A DNA stretch of 64,000 nt from Planctomycetota bacterium (GCA_038227875.1 JBBRPR010000016.1:64001-128000), one strand, 5' to 3'; counted from the stretch's first letter, positions 9,604-18,657 are shown. Notes: generated by a model from the sequence alone, not told the origin. Translations and numbers: made by a program.

Positions 9604-9747
9604 TCATGCCGCGCGCGCAGCCACAACCGGGCGCAGGCGTTTCTTCTCGACTCCGCAGCGCTGGCAAACTGAGGTATGGCTCGCGTCGGCGTGCTTCGTG
9701 GTCGTTTTGCAAGGGGCGCAGTAGTGGACGGTCGTTTGTGCTTTCAT
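9604..9747 (-). CDS. 47-aa zinc-ribbon microprotein A (CxxC-x14-CxxC)
   Basis: MKAQTTVHYCAPCKTTTKHADASHTSVCQRCG...; AAGGGA RBS; clear paralogue at 9983..10159. Confidence 0.8.
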   Translation of the reverse strand: MKAQTTVHYCAPCKTTTKHADASHTSVCQRCGVEKKRLRPVVAARAA

Positions 9748-9787
9748 CGGTCTTCCCTTTCTCTCGTGGGTGTAGCGTCCTGGGTTG

Positions 9788-9828
9788 AAAAAAGAAAAGG
9801 GCCGGAGGTTTCTGGCCTCCGGCCCTTT
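9788..9828 (-). terminator. Intrinsic terminator (attenuator A)
   Basis: Perfect stem AAAGGGCCGGAGG/CCTCCGGCCCTTT (9796-9808 and 9816-9828) with a U-rich tail on the minus strand, about 40 nt before the microprotein A start. Confidence 0.85.
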
Positions 9829-9857
9829 CACGCTTCTGAAAATTTCAGTTTAGCGGG

Positions 9858-9926
9858 TCAGGTCGAAGGCCTTTCAAACGAAAGATGAACGCAGCAGCGA
9901 ATGGCGGCTACGCGCTTCGAACACAT
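9858..9926 (-). CDS. Putative leader peptide A (MCSKRVAAIRCCVHLSFERPST)
   Basis: Short ORF whose last codons overlap a sequence complementary to the terminator 5' arm. Alternative in-frame ATG at 9959. Confidence 0.55.
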   Translation of the reverse strand: MCSKRVAAIRCCVHLSFERPST

Positions 9927-9982
9927 GGACCAGCTAAACAGACCTGACGTCAGATTCATCGTTGCACTCGGATTCCTTAAAC

Positions 9983-10159
9983 TCAATTCCAACGGGCGTC
10001 TTCGCTGTGTTCCTGGCTCGGGCTGGACTTCGCTACGACGCGACTGAGGTTCTTGATCGCTCCGCAGCGCAGGCACACAGAAGTCGTTTCCGACTCCGTG
10101 TGCTTGGTCGTTGCTTTACAGAGACTGCAGTAGTGAAGGCTGGTCTGTCTTCGTTTCAT
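9983..10159 (-). CDS. 58-aa zinc-ribbon microprotein B (CxxC-x14-CxxC)
   Basis: MKRRQTSLHYCSLCKATTKHTESETTSVCLRCG...; paralogue of 9604..9747. Confidence 0.8.
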   Translation of the reverse strand: MKRRQTSLHYCSLCKATTKHTESETTSVCLRCGAIKNLSRVVAKSSPSQEHSEDARWN

Positions 10160-10176
10160 GCTCAATCCCGATGGGT

Positions 10177-10216
10177 AAAACAAAAAGGGCCGGAGGTTTT
10201 TAAACCTTCGGCCCTT
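10177..10216 (-). terminator. Intrinsic terminator (attenuator B)
   Basis: mRNA stem AAGGGCCGAAGG / CCUCCGGCCCUU (one A-C mismatch) followed by UUUGUUUU, directly upstream of microprotein B. Confidence 0.82.
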
Positions 10217-10239
10217 GCACTTACGGGGTTGCTGGCAAG

Positions 10240-10347
10240 TCAGGCCGAAGATCTCTGAGTTTTCAAGTGTGCAAGACCGACAACGATCTTACGACGCATA
10301 CATCCGCAGGCGCACCAGCTCTGTGTAAGGCGACGAACCGAAGACAT
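10240..10347 (-). CDS. Putative leader peptide B (MSSVRRLTQSWCACGCMRRKIVVGLAHLKTQRSSA)
   Basis: GGAG RBS 6 nt upstream; the stop codon abuts the antiterminator CUUCGGCC. Confidence 0.6.
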   Translation of the reverse strand: MSSVRRLTQSWCACGCMRRKIVVGLAHLKTQRSSA

Positions 10348-10459
10348 GGGGCGCTCCAGAACTTCCACAGACAGTTGCACCTATCTAATTAACCCCTTTT
10401 AAGGGCTGCTGTCAAGAGGTGCGGGAAACAGAATTTTCTAAGTCTTTTGGAATCGTAAA

Positions 10460-13400
10460 TTATTTTTTGACGTCCGACACCGCCCCGTATTCGGTCTCAT
10501 CTTTCATCAGGTCCCCGCCGCCGCCGATGCCTGTTTCCACGTCGCGGACGGTCAAGTGGTAGAGACCCGCCGGTTCGTTGAGACCCAGCACAATCTGGAA
10601 TTCCTGCTGTCCTTCCGCAGCGACGAACGTCTGCGTGTACGCGGGCAGGAGCACCCCGGCGTCGTTGGTCAGCTCGGCGTGAAATAAATGCGTGCCGGGT
10701 GTGATTCCCAGCGCGGCGCTCAGCGTCGCCGTGACTTTGAAACTGCCGCGCGGGTCGATGCGGCGGAGCTTCACATTGAGGTGCTCGGCCTTGTACGGTA
10801 GCGCGGAGAGCAGTGTCGGCCGCAGCGCATCGAGCCGCGCCTTCACCGCCGCGCCGGCGCCGAGGAACTGGCCGGTCCGCATGTCGTACCAGTAACGCGT
10901 GACTTTGTCGGTCGTGCCGACCCAGACGGTCTGATCGTTGATGGCACTGCCGAAACGGCGCTGGATGCCAAAGAGCTCGTGGTCCGCGCCAAAATGGAAG
11001 CGAGCCTGATGCAGACCGCGGATCGGGACGCTCTCTTCCGACCACACTTTTAGCGGACTGCCGGAGCAGGCTTCGCCGAGCAGATCGCCGAGGACCAGGC
11101 GCAACGCTTCACCGCCGGTGGGTTTGCCGAATTGCTTTTCGTAGTCGGCGCGAGAAACGTCAAAGTAAGTGAACAGCGCCGCATCGGGAGCTTCACGCAG
11201 CGCGCCGTAATCCTGCAGCATCAGATTCAGGTAAACGAAGTGGCCCGCCCTGTTGGCTTTGGTCAGGAAGGCCGGCGCGCCCGACAGCGTCCCAGCTCCC
11301 ACGGCCGAACCCCGCGCCGCGACGCCGGGTTCCATTGCCCGCAACTCGGGCGACGAGGGACCGACGGGCTTGCGCGTCGCAGCGTCAATCAAGGTCACGC
11401 GCGCGGTGCTGGCGTCGGAGTTGGCATCATTGATGGTCAATTCTTTTCGCACGATTCCAAACTCGGCGTCGAGCGCTCCGGCGCACAGACTCTCCGCTGA
11501 GAATGTCGGGCGGCGCTTGCCGCTGCCGTCGAACAGTCCGCAGGCGCCGTCGGCGACGACCAACCCGCCGGCGCGGGCGAAAGCGCGGATCGCGACGGTT
11601 TCTTCATCGCTGAGCGAGACGACTTTGGGCAGGATCAGCACTTTCGTGTGGGAACTGGCCAGCACGCCGCTGTGCAGTTGCTGCGCGTTCAGATAAAGGG
11701 GCGAATAGCCGAGGTCTTCCAGCAGCATCGACCAGCCGCGCAAAGCGGCGAAACCCGTGTTGCTGGCCGCGTCGCGATCCATCCAATCTTGAGCGCTGGC
11801 GCGCTGGCAGTCGAGCAGCCAGTTCACCTGCAGTGAGCGCGGAGAATAGTAGAGCGCGACGGCATCGCGGACGGGCGTGGCGGCTTGGCGCAACTGCGTG
11901 ATGCCGCTGCTGAGCGCGCGGAAATCGGCGGCGAGCGCCTTGGTCGCGGGAAGCGTCTCTTGCTTGTCGTCGACGAGTGCGCGGGCATCGGCAATGCAGC
12001 CGTTGTCGCCGCGCAGCCAGCGGTCCCAGAGCTGATGAACATCCGCCGGATGGTGGCCGCCCAGCGCCGAGAGCCAGTGCATCGACGGCGCAAAGTTGCG
12101 GAGCAATTCGCGGCTGTACGCGTCGTCGTGTTCTTCAGCCCAATCGAGCACCTTGCTCAGCTGTGCGGCGTCCCAACCATTAAAGGGGGAGGGCGCAGCC
12201 AGTCCCGTTAGGCCGGCGCGGACTTCGTAGGGCGAATTGGCGCCGTGCTGCAGTTGCGCTTTGAATTCCCGCAGCATGCGCGTGAAGGCAAAATCATTAA
12301 ACGAGCGGAAGTCGCTCCACGCGGCGAAATTATCGTTGGCATCGTTGACCAGCACCGGCCGCGCACTGACGGGTTCGGGCACCAGGCTGAAACTGGTCTT
12401 CGGCTTGTCGGTCAGCAGCACTTGATCAGTGGTCGGCGGATGGACCTGATCCCACTTGGCAAAGTTCGAGCCCCATTCGCGGTTGAGCGCCGGGAGCGTG
12501 TGGTAGCGCCGCTGCAGCCACGCGCGGAAAACGTCGAGCGTGCCCGGCGCCATGCTGCCGTCGAAGGGTGCGTTACGGTTGGGTGACAGCGACAAGGCAT
12601 CGCCCAGCGACCAGCCCAGCGGCTGAAAGCCGCGCTTGGCCGTCAGGCCCGCGTCGATGTGTTCGGACATCTGCGCCACGGCGGCGTCATCAAACAACGA
12701 GAGCCCGCGCTGCAGCGCCGCGGCATCGCGCGATTTGCGGTACTGAAGGTAGGTCTGCTCCAGCGACTTTCCGGCCTTGAGCAGATTCTCGTCCGGCGCG
12801 ATCAGTTCACTGAAAAACGGCAGCGCCTGGCGCGTGTAGGTCGTCGGCGCATCGCTGGAGTCGCTCGCGCCGCCGGAGATGCCCAGCTCGCGGAGCTTCT
12901 GCCAGGCCTTGGGCGTGAGGAATTCGCCGCCGCGCAACGCGACGACGTACTCGTCCCACGGCTGCGGCGCATGGACCTGGAAACGGGTCTGCGCCACGAT
13001 GGCGGCGGGAATCGGCGCTTCGGTATCGTTCTGGCGCGGCGTGATGCGCACGACCACGAGGCGATGCAGCTGCCCGACGCAATGGTCCGGCATGGTGATG
13101 CTGAAGGCGATCGGTTCGCCGGGAGTTGCTTTGAAGGCGTCGACATTGTATTCGCCCATCACGCGCTGCGCGCCGTCGACCCAGAGCAGCTTCAAGCGCT
13201 CGGCGGGGGTCGTCGTGGCGAGCGTGCCTTCCAGCGGCGACTTGGCGTCGATCTCCAGCCGCGTCAGGTGCAGGGTGTAGGTCGCGTCTTCTTTTTTCGA
13301 CGTGACTTCGACGCGTTCGGGATGGATCGGAAGTTCGGAGCGGTCGACAAATTCAGCGCCGGAAGATGAAGATGATGTCAGCGCGGGCGCGGTGTAGTCA

Positions 13401-13597
13401 ACGTCGAGCGGCTTCTCTTCGGCCATCTTGCGCAGCGAGGCCACGTCGCTCTGCCCGACATGCGCCGCATGATCGCGTGACGACGCGTGGTCGTGCGACG
13501 TGTTCGTCGCGCAACCGGCGCAGAGCGTCAGCGCGGCCACGGCCAAAACACGGCGGCGGCTCCGGCGAGCAAAAAGTGGCTTGGGGCTAATTGGCAT
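10460..13597 (-). CDS. Lipoprotein with GH42-like (beta-galactosidase) TIM barrel and trimerization domain
   Basis: Lipobox LCAG-C; FRAWL..RY.TL.ALNREWG..F..WDQV; VALYYS; KVLILP....LSDEE..AIRAFARAGGLVVAD. Confidence 0.75.
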   Translation of the reverse strand: MPISPKPLFARRSRRRVLAVAALTLCAGCATNTSHDHASSRDHAAHVGQSDVASLRKMAEEKPLDVDYTAPALTSSSSSGAEFVDRSELPIHPERVEVTSKKEDATYTLHLTRLEIDAKSPLEGTLATTTPAERLKLLWVDGAQRVMGEYNVDAFKATPGEPIAFSITMPDHCVGQLHRLVVVRITPRQNDTEAPIPAAIVAQTRFQVHAPQPWDEYVVALRGGEFLTPKAWQKLRELGISGGASDSSDAPTTYTRQALPFFSELIAPDENLLKAGKSLEQTYLQYRKSRDAAALQRGLSLFDDAAVAQMSEHIDAGLTAKRGFQPLGWSLGDALSLSPNRNAPFDGSMAPGTLDVFRAWLQRRYHTLPALNREWGSNFAKWDQVHPPTTDQVLLTDKPKTSFSLVPEPVSARPVLVNDANDNFAAWSDFRSFNDFAFTRMLREFKAQLQHGANSPYEVRAGLTGLAAPSPFNGWDAAQLSKVLDWAEEHDDAYSRELLRNFAPSMHWLSALGGHHPADVHQLWDRWLRGDNGCIADARALVDDKQETLPATKALAADFRALSSGITQLRQAATPVRDAVALYYSPRSLQVNWLLDCQRASAQDWMDRDAASNTGFAALRGWSMLLEDLGYSPLYLNAQQLHSGVLASSHTKVLILPKVVSLSDEETVAIRAFARAGGLVVADGACGLFDGSGKRRPTFSAESLCAGALDAEFGIVRKELTINDANSDASTARVTLIDAATRKPVGPSSPELRAMEPGVAARGSAVGAGTLSGAPAFLTKANRAGHFVYLNLMLQDYGALREAPDAALFTYFDVSRADYEKQFGKPTGGEALRLVLGDLLGEACSGSPLKVWSEESVPIRGLHQARFHFGADHELFGIQRRFGSAINDQTVWVGTTDKVTRYWYDMRTGQFLGAGAAVKARLDALRPTLLSALPYKAEHLNVKLRRIDPRGSFKVTATLSAALGITPGTHLFHAELTNDAGVLLPAYTQTFVAAEGQQEFQIVLGLNEPAGLYHLTVRDVETGIGGGGDLMKDETEYGAVSDVKK

Positions 13598-13857
13598 CGG
13601 CGCTTAGTCTAGCAGCCCGGAGTAAAAGGTCCATTCCGTCGAGAGTTTCCGTGAAACGCCGGGCTGTGTCGGCGTTTCATGGCGTCAGTCGAGTGTTTTG
13701 TCCGGGCTGCGGGAGTCTCTGGCACTTGTCCATTTGTTCCGGCCACCTATCGAGGTTACACTTGATTGCGTTGTCAGGTCACGGGTGAACACGAACACAA
13801 CGTTATCGGACCCTTGCGGGCTGTGCTGCGCTCGCGTCACGAACGAGGGAGCACTAC

Positions 13858-15030
13858 ATGTCATCACTGCTGGATCAGGCCAAGGCCATCGGACCGGAAC
13901 TCGTCGACATCCGCCGGGATCTGCATCAGCATCCGGAGATCGCCTGGGAAGAATTCCGCACCGGCCAGCGCACCGCCGATTTCTGTGAACGCCTGGGCAT
14001 GCGCGTGATCCGCAATGCCGCGAAGACCGGCACCGTCGCGATTCTTAATGCCGACAAGCCCGGCCCGGCGCTGGCGCTGCGCGCCGACATGGACGCGCTG
14101 CCGATCCAGGAAGAAAATCAGGTCGCGTACAAATCGACCATTTCCGGCAAGGGCCATCTCTGCGGCCATGACGCTCACACCGCGATGCTGATGGGCGCGG
14201 CGAAAATGCTGGCCGGATACAAGGACCAGATTCCGTTCCCTGTCCGTTTCCTCTTCCAGCCCGCCGAAGAAGTCCCTAAGGGCGGCGCAGAGGTGCTGAT
14301 CAACGAAGGACATTTGAATGGCGTCGCCGAAGTCTTCGGACTTCACGTCAACCCGCTGCTGCCCTGCGGCACGCTGGGTTCGCGCAACGGCGCCTTGATG
14401 GCGAGCATGGACCGCATCGAGATCAACGTCGACGGCGTCGGAGGACACGGCGCGATGCCGCACCTCAGTTGCGATCCCGTCGTCGCGGCCGCGCAGATCA
14501 TCGTGGCGCTGCAGAGCATCGTGGCGCGGCGCATCGATCCGCTGGAATCGGGCGTGGTCAGCATCTGCCAGTTGGATGCGGGATCGGCGTTCAACGTGAT
14601 TCCATCCAAAGTGCGCCTGATCGGTACGATGCGCAGCCTGACGCCGGAAATCTGGAACGCGCTGCCGCAATGGGTCGATGAGATCGTGACCAACATCGCC
14701 AAGGGCATGGGCACATCCGCGCGCACGGAGATCATCCGCGGCACGCCGGTGCTGGTCAATCACGCCGAACCGCTGGAAAAGATGAACCGCGCGTTCCGGC
14801 GCATTGGCGGCAATCCCGTCGAAGTGAAGCCGACGATGGGCGGCGAAGATTTCGCGTCGTACTTGCTGAAGACGCCGGGCTGCTTCGCCTTCATCGGCGC
14901 CGGCAACGGCTCGCCGGAAACGTCGCAGTGCTTCCACCACCCGCGCTACAACATTGACGAAAAAGTCCTGCCGTGGGGCAGCGCGTTGTTTACGCAAGTG
15001 GTGCTGGATCGGGCCGGCGTCACGGTTTGA
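13858..15030 (+). CDS. M20D family amidohydrolase
   Basis: RRDLH.HPE, LRADMDAL, CGHDAH, QPAEE, GGHGAMPH, GGEDF and HHP motifs. Confidence 0.93.
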   Translation: MSSLLDQAKAIGPELVDIRRDLHQHPEIAWEEFRTGQRTADFCERLGMRVIRNAAKTGTVAILNADKPGPALALRADMDALPIQEENQVAYKSTISGKGHLCGHDAHTAMLMGAAKMLAGYKDQIPFPVRFLFQPAEEVPKGGAEVLINEGHLNGVAEVFGLHVNPLLPCGTLGSRNGALMASMDRIEINVDGVGGHGAMPHLSCDPVVAAAQIIVALQSIVARRIDPLESGVVSICQLDAGSAFNVIPSKVRLIGTMRSLTPEIWNALPQWVDEIVTNIAKGMGTSARTEIIRGTPVLVNHAEPLEKMNRAFRRIGGNPVEVKPTMGGEDFASYLLKTPGCFAFIGAGNGSPETSQCFHHPRYNIDEKVLPWGSALFTQVVLDRAGVTV

Positions 15031-15032
15031 AA

Positions 15033-15383
15033 ATGAAGACCACCGGTCCCGGCATCTTCGATAACGACGTCGCGCAAGGCGTGCGCGCGGAGTTCAACGC
15101 GTCGGTTGCGGAAGGCCTGAGCGTCTTCGCCGCGGCGGAACGCATCCTGGCCAAGCCCATCGACTTTCTAAAAGAGACCGACCGCGACCAGATTTTTCTG
15201 GCGCTCGCGGCGCTGCAACTGGAACACGGTTTGATCCAGCCCAAGGTCAAGAAGAACGCGCTGACCATCATTATTCTCGGCGACGAACTGGAACGCTGGG
15301 AGGCCTCCGCACCGGAATCGTACGAAGCGCGAAAGAAGGTCCTCCAGGATTTGCGCGAGCGACTCACGGCCACGTTAGGCTAG
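15033..15383 (+). CDS. Hypothetical protein, DUF4259-like
   Basis: N-terminal GPGIFDND.A, LALAALQ and W.......R..VL..L pattern. Confidence 0.6.
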   Translation: MKTTGPGIFDNDVAQGVRAEFNASVAEGLSVFAAAERILAKPIDFLKETDRDQIFLALAALQLEHGLIQPKVKKNALTIIILGDELERWEASAPESYEARKKVLQDLRERLTATLG

Positions 15384-15416
15384 GCGCGTTTTTTCTCAGT
15401 CCGCAGTCCTTCGTCC

Positions 15417-15839
15417 TCACTCCTTCCGCTTGTTCTTTTTCGAGCCGTCATAGATCGCGGTGAGCACGTTAAAAATTCCGACGCAGACGATGATCGGGCC
15501 GTAGACGGTGGGAGCTCCGGTGCTGAAGCGAAAAATCGTGTACGCGATGCCGCCGACGATCATCAGCAGGCCGAGGATGATGCGGACGGACACGGGCTTG
15601 CGTTCGATCTCCGGGACGCCTTCGCCGCGTTCCGGGCGGTCGGCACGGTCGCGCACGCCTTTCAATTCCTTGACCGGCGATTTTTTGCGGAGGTCTTTGA
15701 CGTCGCTCAAGTCCGGGGCGCGGCGCGCTTTGACGGGCGGTAAGTCGGCCGTGGGGCCGCTGATGATGCAGCCCGGACAGTCGGTCTCATCCGACTTCTT
15801 AATGAAGGTTTTGTTACACGTAGCACATTTCGCGAGCAT
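15417..15839 (-). CDS. Hypothetical protein: N-terminal CxxC..CxxC and two C-terminal TM helices
   Basis: CATC...CPGC; IILGLLMIVGGI...YGPIIVCVG. Confidence 0.7.
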   Translation of the reverse strand: MLAKCATCNKTFIKKSDETDCPGCIISGPTADLPPVKARRAPDLSDVKDLRKKSPVKELKGVRDRADRPERGEGVPEIERKPVSVRIILGLLMIVGGIAYTIFRFSTGAPTVYGPIIVCVGIFNVLTAIYDGSKKNKRKE

Positions 15840-16098
15840 GGTTTTTCAGTTCGACCGCTAACCCGAGGTTAAATCAAGACGTACGCGAACCCTCTCCCTT
15901 AGGGACCCAGTCACGAAGGGAGAAATCAGCGTACTCGTTTAAGGGTATTTTTGCACATGTGCAAACAATTTCTTAACAATTCCGACGAATTCATGTGGTA
16001 TGTTTCTATCAACTAAAGCGTGAAACGAAGCGGGCAATGGGGCTCGCGAAGTACAAAGCGTGCAAAGAGTTAAGAAGCGGCCGGAGAAGGGAGTATGG

Positions 16099-17166
16099 AT
16101 GAATAAGCTGTTCGGTACAGTGGTAGGTGTTGGGTTTATGTTCGTATGGTTGGCAGGTTGGACCGCAGGGACGGGATACTTCGATTATCAGGTCGGCCGA
16201 GGGTTCATCAAGCAGCTCGAGGCCCGTAAGTATGCCACAACTTCTGGGACCATCGATAGCAGCCAGGTGATCGATAAGAGCGATGACGACGGCAGCAGTT
16301 ATGCGGTTGAAGTCAAGTATCACTACACGGTCAACGGTCGGGTTTTCTCCAGCAACGTTTTCAATTACGGCACGAAGTCGGCTTCCCAGTCGTGGGCCAA
16401 TTCTGTGGTCGGGATGCACCCGGCCGGATCGACGACCTCCGTCTACTACAACCCGGCCAACCCACAGGACGCGCTGCTGACTCAAGGCATCGATGGCAGC
16501 ATGCTCCACTCGGTGGTTTTCCTGATCCCGTTCAACGTGATCGCGCTGACCATCCTCTACGCGCTGCTCTACGGCCTCTTCTATAGGAAGAAGTCGACGC
16601 AGGAACCGGCCGGCGGCATCCCGGTAAGCACCGACGGCTCCGTGACGCGCGCGACTTTTCCGATCTTCTCCCCGCTGCTGGCTGGCGCGATTGCAATGGG
16701 CGGTAGCGCGTTTCTACTGACGTTCCTGCTGGTCTTCACCAGCGGCGCGTACCCGACGCCGCTCTGGCCGGGCGTGCTGGCGCTGCTGACGGTCGCCGGA
16801 GCGGGAATCGTCGCGTACAGTTACGTCGCCAACTGGAATCGCTGCAGTTCCCGGGACCTGCTGATCGATCCACAGCGCAAGACCATCCAACTCCCCCAGA
16901 CCTGCGGCCGCAAGACGGCGCTGACCGTTCAATTGGAATCGCTGGCGGCCGTCGAAGTTGAGAAGTACTCCAAGACCGACAACGACGGAGACACAACCCA
17001 CTATTTCGCCCCGACGCTCGCCTGGAGCGATCCCGCGGGGTTGCGCACCGCGCGAGTGATCGAGTGGACCGATCAGGCGCAAGCTGAAGCGTTTGTGAAG
17101 TGGCTGCGGGAGGTGCTCTCCGGCGATTCCAAGCCGGTGGATGCACATCTTCGACAACAGGCATGA
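16099..17166 (+). CDS. DUF3592-domain membrane protein
   Basis: TT.GTI.SS.V, Y...V.Y.YTVNG and VYYNPANP.DALL motifs. Confidence 0.8.
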   Translation: MNKLFGTVVGVGFMFVWLAGWTAGTGYFDYQVGRGFIKQLEARKYATTSGTIDSSQVIDKSDDDGSSYAVEVKYHYTVNGRVFSSNVFNYGTKSASQSWANSVVGMHPAGSTTSVYYNPANPQDALLTQGIDGSMLHSVVFLIPFNVIALTILYALLYGLFYRKKSTQEPAGGIPVSTDGSVTRATFPIFSPLLAGAIAMGGSAFLLTFLLVFTSGAYPTPLWPGVLALLTVAGAGIVAYSYVANWNRCSSRDLLIDPQRKTIQLPQTCGRKTALTVQLESLAAVEVEKYSKTDNDGDTTHYFAPTLAWSDPAGLRTARVIEWTDQAQAEAFVKWLREVLSGDSKPVDAHLRQQA

Positions 17167-17278
17167 ACGCTATTTTTGAATAGATACGACTATAAAATCC
17201 TGTAAGGTTTTTTGAATCACAATTTTCGACGCACGCCGATGAGTCCACAGTTGACGTGAACTATTTGGAGGTACCACG

Positions 17279-17845
17279 ATGTTTTTTCTGCGCGTCCGAC
17301 CGACCTCCATTGCCGGCAAGAAAGCCGGGAAGATCGGGCTGATTCCCGCGATTCTCATCGCCTTGGGATTTTTCGGATCGCTTTCGGCGCTCTATCTCGT
17401 CGGAGTTCGCGCAACCGCCGTGGATCCCGAGGCGGAAGCCCGCGCCACGTTGCATAAGCAGATTACCTATCAGTTTGAACTCGCCTCCTCGCGATTCAGC
17501 AAACTGCTGCCGGTTGACGATGCTCCCAGCGGGTTTCCGACCACGTTGAAGGGCAAGACGGCCGTGGTGATGCCGATGGGCATGCTCCACGATCTTCATT
17601 GGGATCTGCCGATGGATCTCTGCGCCGAGCAGCCAGACCAGGTAAAAAATGTGATCGTCGTCTCGACGAAGAAAGAGCCGGGCATTGCGGCGAGCCTGTA
17701 CCTCTTCAATCTTGAAACGCGAAAATGCCTGGGCAAGCTCACCGTCAAATCCACGCCGGACATGTCCGACCCACAGAGCGGTTACCGCTTTGTCAACGGA
17801 GCGGTCAGCGATGCGTTCTGGGCCTGGCGTGACAAGTTAAAATAG
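17279..17845 (+). CDS. Hypothetical protein with N-terminal TM anchor
   Basis: GGAGG RBS; single hydrophobic helix. Confidence 0.65.
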   Translation: MFFLRVRPTSIAGKKAGKIGLIPAILIALGFFGSLSALYLVGVRATAVDPEAEARATLHKQITYQFELASSRFSKLLPVDDAPSGFPTTLKGKTAVVMPMGMLHDLHWDLPMDLCAEQPDQVKNVIVVSTKKEPGIAASLYLFNLETRKCLGKLTVKSTPDMSDPQSGYRFVNGAVSDAFWAWRDKLK

Positions 17846-17851
17846 GCGCAC

Positions 17852-18349
17852 TTATTTCAGGCGTTCGTTCAACCAGGCGCGCATGCCGTTGACGAAGACT
17901 TTGTTTTTCGCCTGATGCGTGCGGGTGTTGAGCAACAGTGTAAAAAACAGCGAGCACGCCGCGCCAAAAAATCCGCCTGTCAGCATTCCACCACCCACCA
18001 CAAATTGAACCACGCCGCGCTGTACCGTTGCGGCATGGCGCGCGGTGAGATCCGCCGTGTCGACATTGCCCATCGTGGCCCAGAACACCAGGACGCCCAG
18101 GACCGCACCCAGGCTGGTTGAGCGCTTGATAATGCGGGAGTCATGTTCGTCCAGATAGGAGCGCTGCGTCACCATCACGCGTTCGTCGGGCCCCTGCATC
18201 GATCCGCCGGACATCATGCGGATGTCGGCGCCCATGCTCCAGCCCTTGCGCATTTTGATCATGCCGTCGATCAGCGTAACGGAGTATTCTCGCCCGTAGC
18301 GCTTTTCCAGAAGATCGTAAACGTGGTCAGCGTTGGCGGCTTGGACCAT
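17852..18349 (-). CDS. Hypothetical two-TM membrane protein
   Basis: GGAGG RBS; resembles the interrupted gene at 4713..5252. Confidence 0.7.
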   Translation of the reverse strand: MVQAANADHVYDLLEKRYGREYSVTLIDGMIKMRKGWSMGADIRMMSGGSMQGPDERVMVTQRSYLDEHDSRIIKRSTSLGAVLGVLVFWATMGNVDTADLTARHAATVQRGVVQFVVGGGMLTGGFFGAACSLFFTLLLNTRTHQAKNKVFVNGMRAWLNERLK

Positions 18350-18657
18350 AGACAGCGGCCTCCGTCAAATAGGATCGAAGCAACAAAAGTGGGTAACGTC
18401 CAGAATAATAATTTGGGCGTGTAGAGTCAATTACGTCACACGAAATTCTGCACTTGGTGCAAGTGCGTCCGCAGTGGCTCCGTAGCCCCGAAATAAGATC
18501 GTCTATTTCCCGCCCTGACGCTCGACAAGCACCGCCCCACAGTTAGCATCGTTCGCAGGTCTTTTTTCGCCGAATTCCCGTAACGATTAACATCGAGCGG
18601 CATCAAGACTAATGTAAACAGAATACCGGTAAGTTTCGGTATCTCTCAACCGTATCA

